The translations under genes and the position numbers were made by a program. A DNA stretch of 64,000 bases from Thermoplasmata archaeon (GTDB lineage Archaea; Thermoplasmatota; Thermoplasmata; Lutacidiplasmatales; UBA184), in the NCBI GenBank assembly GCA_027315455.1, contig DAHUXZ010000006.1, positions 8,952 through 72,951 on the forward strand, in the 5' to 3' direction. The notes under the pieces are model-generated. The model made no database searches and had not been told where the DNA came from. It saw only the letters and a program-made list of their open reading frames with translations. Shown here in pieces: positions 61,095 to 64,000 of this stretch. Each line of letters opens with the position of its first letter. The first letter of the stretch is position 1.

Positions 61095-64000
61095 ACGAGG
61101 ATCCTCCAGGAGAAGGCCGAGCTGCTCAAGAAGCAGCGGCAGAGCGCCGAGGTCGCCCAGCGGGAGGCGGACGAACGGGCCCAGCTCCTCTCCGCCCTCG
61201 ATATCCATCTACCGGAAGCGGCCGACCGCGAGCAGGCCGTCCAGGCCCTCGCTCGCCGCTCGGACTGGGAGGCCGTCGAAGCCCAGTCCCGGGCCTATCT
61301 CGACTACCTCGACAAGGCCGGTCGGCCGGAGGCCGACGCGGTCCGCGGGCGCCTCCTCGAGCGTGCGGCGCAGCTACCCGCGAGCGGAGTCCCCCTGCCG
61401 CCGGCGGTCGCGGCGCTCGTGGACGCGGCCGATCCCGGGCCCGCCGCCGATGAGAAGGCCCGTCTCGAGGGTCTCCTCCGCCTGAAGGAGGCGCTGACCG
61501 GGGTCGAGGGCGAGTTCGCCCGACGGGTCCGGGGCCTGGCCGGAGCGCTGGCCGACTGGGCCGGCGAGCCGCGGGACTCCCGGGGGGACCTGGACTCCCG
61601 GCTCGAGGAGGCGCTCGCTCCCCTCCAGGACGGTCACGCGAAGGAGGCGATCGGGCGGCTTTACGCCGCCGTGCGGGCCGCGGTCCCGCTCGCCCGCGCC
61701 CGCCACGACACGGCCGTGGAGACCGGCCGCAGCATCGCCGCCGTCGCGAAGGACCTGGGATCGCCGACGGAGGACCTCGAGGAGGCCCTCGCCGCGGACG
61801 CGGCCGCGAGCCCCCTCGACTGGCCGGAGAGCGTTGCGAAGCTCGAGCGGGCGAACACGCAGGCCGGGGACGCGCTGCGCGAGCGGGTGGGAGCGACCCT
61901 GGCGGGGCTTCGCACCACGCTCGAATCGCTGCGCGAGCTCGGTGTCGACCCGGAGGACGCGCTGGTGAGCCTCGAGGAGGTCGCGGCGCAGGTGCCGGGA
62001 GCCGCGACCGCTGACATCCCCCGCCTGCTCACCGCCGCCCGGAACGCGACCGAGGAACCGGTGGTCGCGGTCGTGGCGAGCCTGCTCGACGGCGTGCGGC
62101 CGCGCCTGGTCGAGGCCCGCCGTCTCGGCCGGGACGCGAGCGAGGTCTTCGCGGCGATGAACCGCGCGCGCGAGGCGCTGCGGCTGCGCATCTACTCCGA
62201 GGCCCTCGCCGCCAGCCAGGAGGCGATGGACCGGGTCGGCCAGATCACCGCCGACCTCGACTCCACCCGGGAGGAGGCCGATTCCCTCGCGCGCCTCCTC
62301 GAGCGGCTGGGGGCGGCCCGGTTCCCGACCGGCTCCCATCTCGACCGCCTGGCCCGGGCCCGCGAGAAGCTCGACCGCCTGGACCTCGAGGGAGCGCGCA
62401 CCGCCCTCCAGGAGGGGGTGCGGATCCTCGGCGAGGAGGCCGCGCAGCACTTCACCCGGAAGCTCGAGGAGGTCGGCCGCATCCTCCCGGTGGCGGGGGA
62501 GCGGGGGTTCCTCCCGGCCGACGCCGACCGGGAGTTCGATCGGGTGCGCACGCTCCTCGACGAGGGGATGATCGCCGACGCGGGCGAGCAGCTCGCGGCG
62601 CTCGAGGTGCGCCTGCGCGCGGCTGCTGGGCCGTTCATCGCCCGTCGCGTCGAGGAGCTCGAGAAGGGGTTCGTCGACATCCCGGACGAGGGGCTGGTCC
62701 AGCCGGTCCGGCGACTGCTCGCCGACGCGGACGTGAACCTGCGGGTCAAGGAGGACCTGCCCGCCTCCTTGGACAGCCTCAAGCGCGCCGAGCGGGAGTT
62801 CTCCGCGATCTTCGCCGCGCACGCCTCGTCGCTCGTCGAGATGCTCGAGGACGAGCGCCGGTCCCTCGAGGCGATGGGCGGCACCGGCGACGAGATCCAG
62901 CGGCAGATCGACGAGGTCCAGCAGATCTTCAACATGGGGGATTTCGTCAAGGCCTCGCGCGCGTCGCAGGAGATCCGCGCGCGCGTGCACCAGCAGCAGC
63001 TCGTCCGCACCGAGGACGAGATCTCCCATGCCAAGCTCTCGCTGGTCGAGCTCGCGAAGATGGGCGTCGAGGCCGGGGCGCTGCGCACGTCGCTCGAGCA
63101 GGCCCAGGGCTCGGCCGCCGCCCAGCGGTACGCCGAGGCGTACCGAACCGCGTACGAGACCCTGGCGGGCGCGGGCCGCCTCAAGTCCCAGGCCCAGTCG
63201 ATCCTCGACGGGCTCGCCGAGGCGAACGACCTCTGGCAGAACCTCAAGAGCGCCGGCGGCGCGGCCGACGCCTATCGCGAGAAGATCCGGCTCACGAAGG
63301 TGGCGTACCAGGCGCTCGACTTCGACGGGGCGAAGGAGACCCTCGAGATCCTCCTCGCCCTCCTCAAGAGCGAGCAGGCGAACGCGGAGACGCGCCGCCT
63401 CATCGGCGAGTGCGACCTATTGCGCGAGGACGCCCAGCGCCTCTCCGCGCCCACGGAGGAAATCGCCGTCCGGATCGCGGAAGCGCGGACGGCGCTCGAC
63501 GAGGGGCGGTCGGCCGAGGCCCTCACGAAGGCCCGCACGGCCCACGCCGAGATCCACGCGCTCCTCCGGCCGGTCCTCACGGAGAACCTCCGCGGGCTCG
63601 AGCGGGACTACGAGATCGCGCAGGCCGCCGGCCTCGAGGTCTCCTCGGCCCTCGAGCTGCTCGGTGAATCGCGCCGGCGCCTCGCGCTGCCGGTGCCGAC
63701 CGGCGTCGCCGAGCTCCTCGAGAGCGCGCGGAGCCGCCTGGTCGAGACCCGCGGGTTCCTGGAGCACGCCGAGCGCGCCGCCCGGCGGGCGCGGGAGGCC
63801 GTGAGCGAGGCCGAGCTCGTCCGGGCCCCGGGGGTCGACGCGGCCCGGCAGCAGCTCGCCGAGGTCGAATCCGCGCTCAAGAAGCGGGCGTACGCCCGGA
63901 CCGTCGAGCTCGCCGGCACCGTCGAGCGGGAGACGCTCCAGGTCGTCTACCAGCAGGTGTCGAAGACGCTCGCCGCGTTCCAGGGGGTGGTCTCCCGGAC
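61095..64000 (+). CDS. large coiled-coil / alpha-helical protein (>950 aa), 3' end beyond window; N-terminal boundary uncertain
   Basis: One plus-strand frame is open from 61029 to the window end. E/L/A/R-rich, Pro/Gly-poor and heptad-like. Absent from the ORF track because it has no stop. The first canonical in-frame start is GTG 61419, but protein-like coding (MRILQEKAELLKKQRQSAEVAQ...) begins at an ACG at 61095. Confidence 0.45.

Noticed and set aside
61374-63804. Minus-strand ORFs 61374..63029 and 62192..63247, and plus-strand ORF 63028..63804, across the coiled-coil gene
   Set aside because: Reverse complement of an E/L/A/R-rich coiled-coil coding sequence is automatically open and Leu/Gly/Pro-rich. 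The plus-strand main frame is open for >2.9 kb with far more protein-like composition.
1-64000. CRISPR arrays or rRNA genes
   Set aside because: No regularly spaced direct repeats and no rRNA-like conserved blocks were seen anywhere in the window.

Overview
The window is a high-GC (~70%) archaeal chromosomal segment. Archaea-only markers include r-proteins LX, L15e, L44e and S27e, aIF2-alpha, Nop10, aTrm56, Nop5/fibrillarin, prefoldin alpha, aIF5A and Pcc1. Encoded proteins are Arg/Ala-rich rather than acidic, so the organism is probably not a haloarchaeon; it may be an uncultivated euryarchaeote of the Thermoplasmatota type, but that is a guess. Most of the window is core genome in classic archaeal synteny blocks: pcc1-purB, nop5-flpA-purF, the L12-L10-L1 operon, L44e-S27e-aIF2a-nop10-wHTH-aTrm56-mvk, and LX-pfdA-ftsY-trmJ. 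Several promoters carry TATA boxes about 25 bp upstream of the start codon, consistent with leaderless or short-leader mRNAs. Three further regions stand out. (1) 18070-22727: a four-gene minus-strand operon of a HerA/FtsK-like ATPase followed by three tandem KaiC/RadA-paralogue genes, only one of which keeps a Walker A lysine. (2) 39701-47391: a six-gene complex-I/Hyf-like membrane complex (Ehr type). Its large subunit is a NuoC-NuoD fusion lacking the [NiFe] cysteines, and its NuoI-like ferredoxin is fused to the NuoB-like subunit. The cluster is flanked by an IS1182-family element (37857-39323), a ~370-bp lower-GC non-coding stretch that may be a structured RNA, and an IS630-family element (48903-50108). 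(3) 50105-60326: an all-minus-strand accessory island just downstream of the IS630 element. It encodes a three-gene operon of unknown function (kinase-like protein, coiled-coil protein, and an N-glycosylation-rich surface protein with a cytoplasmic zinc ribbon). It also encodes a 1347-aa protein whose first ~1000 aa are a degenerate class-Ia aminoacyl-tRNA synthetase (IleRS/ValRS-like, catalytic motifs lost) fused to an HhH motif and an uncharacterised C-terminal domain. Two paralogous secreted proteins ending in a Cys-x5-Cys-Pro motif complete the island. Separately, three genes (arcC, PduO-type adenosyltransferase, and a >950-aa coiled-coil protein that runs off the window end) have conserved N-termini lying upstream of any ATG/GTG/TTG, with an ACG where the initiator Met is expected. 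No rRNA, tRNA or CRISPR array could be supported. Exact coordinates taken from my own reading of the sequence, rather than from the ORF track, may be off by 1-2 nt.
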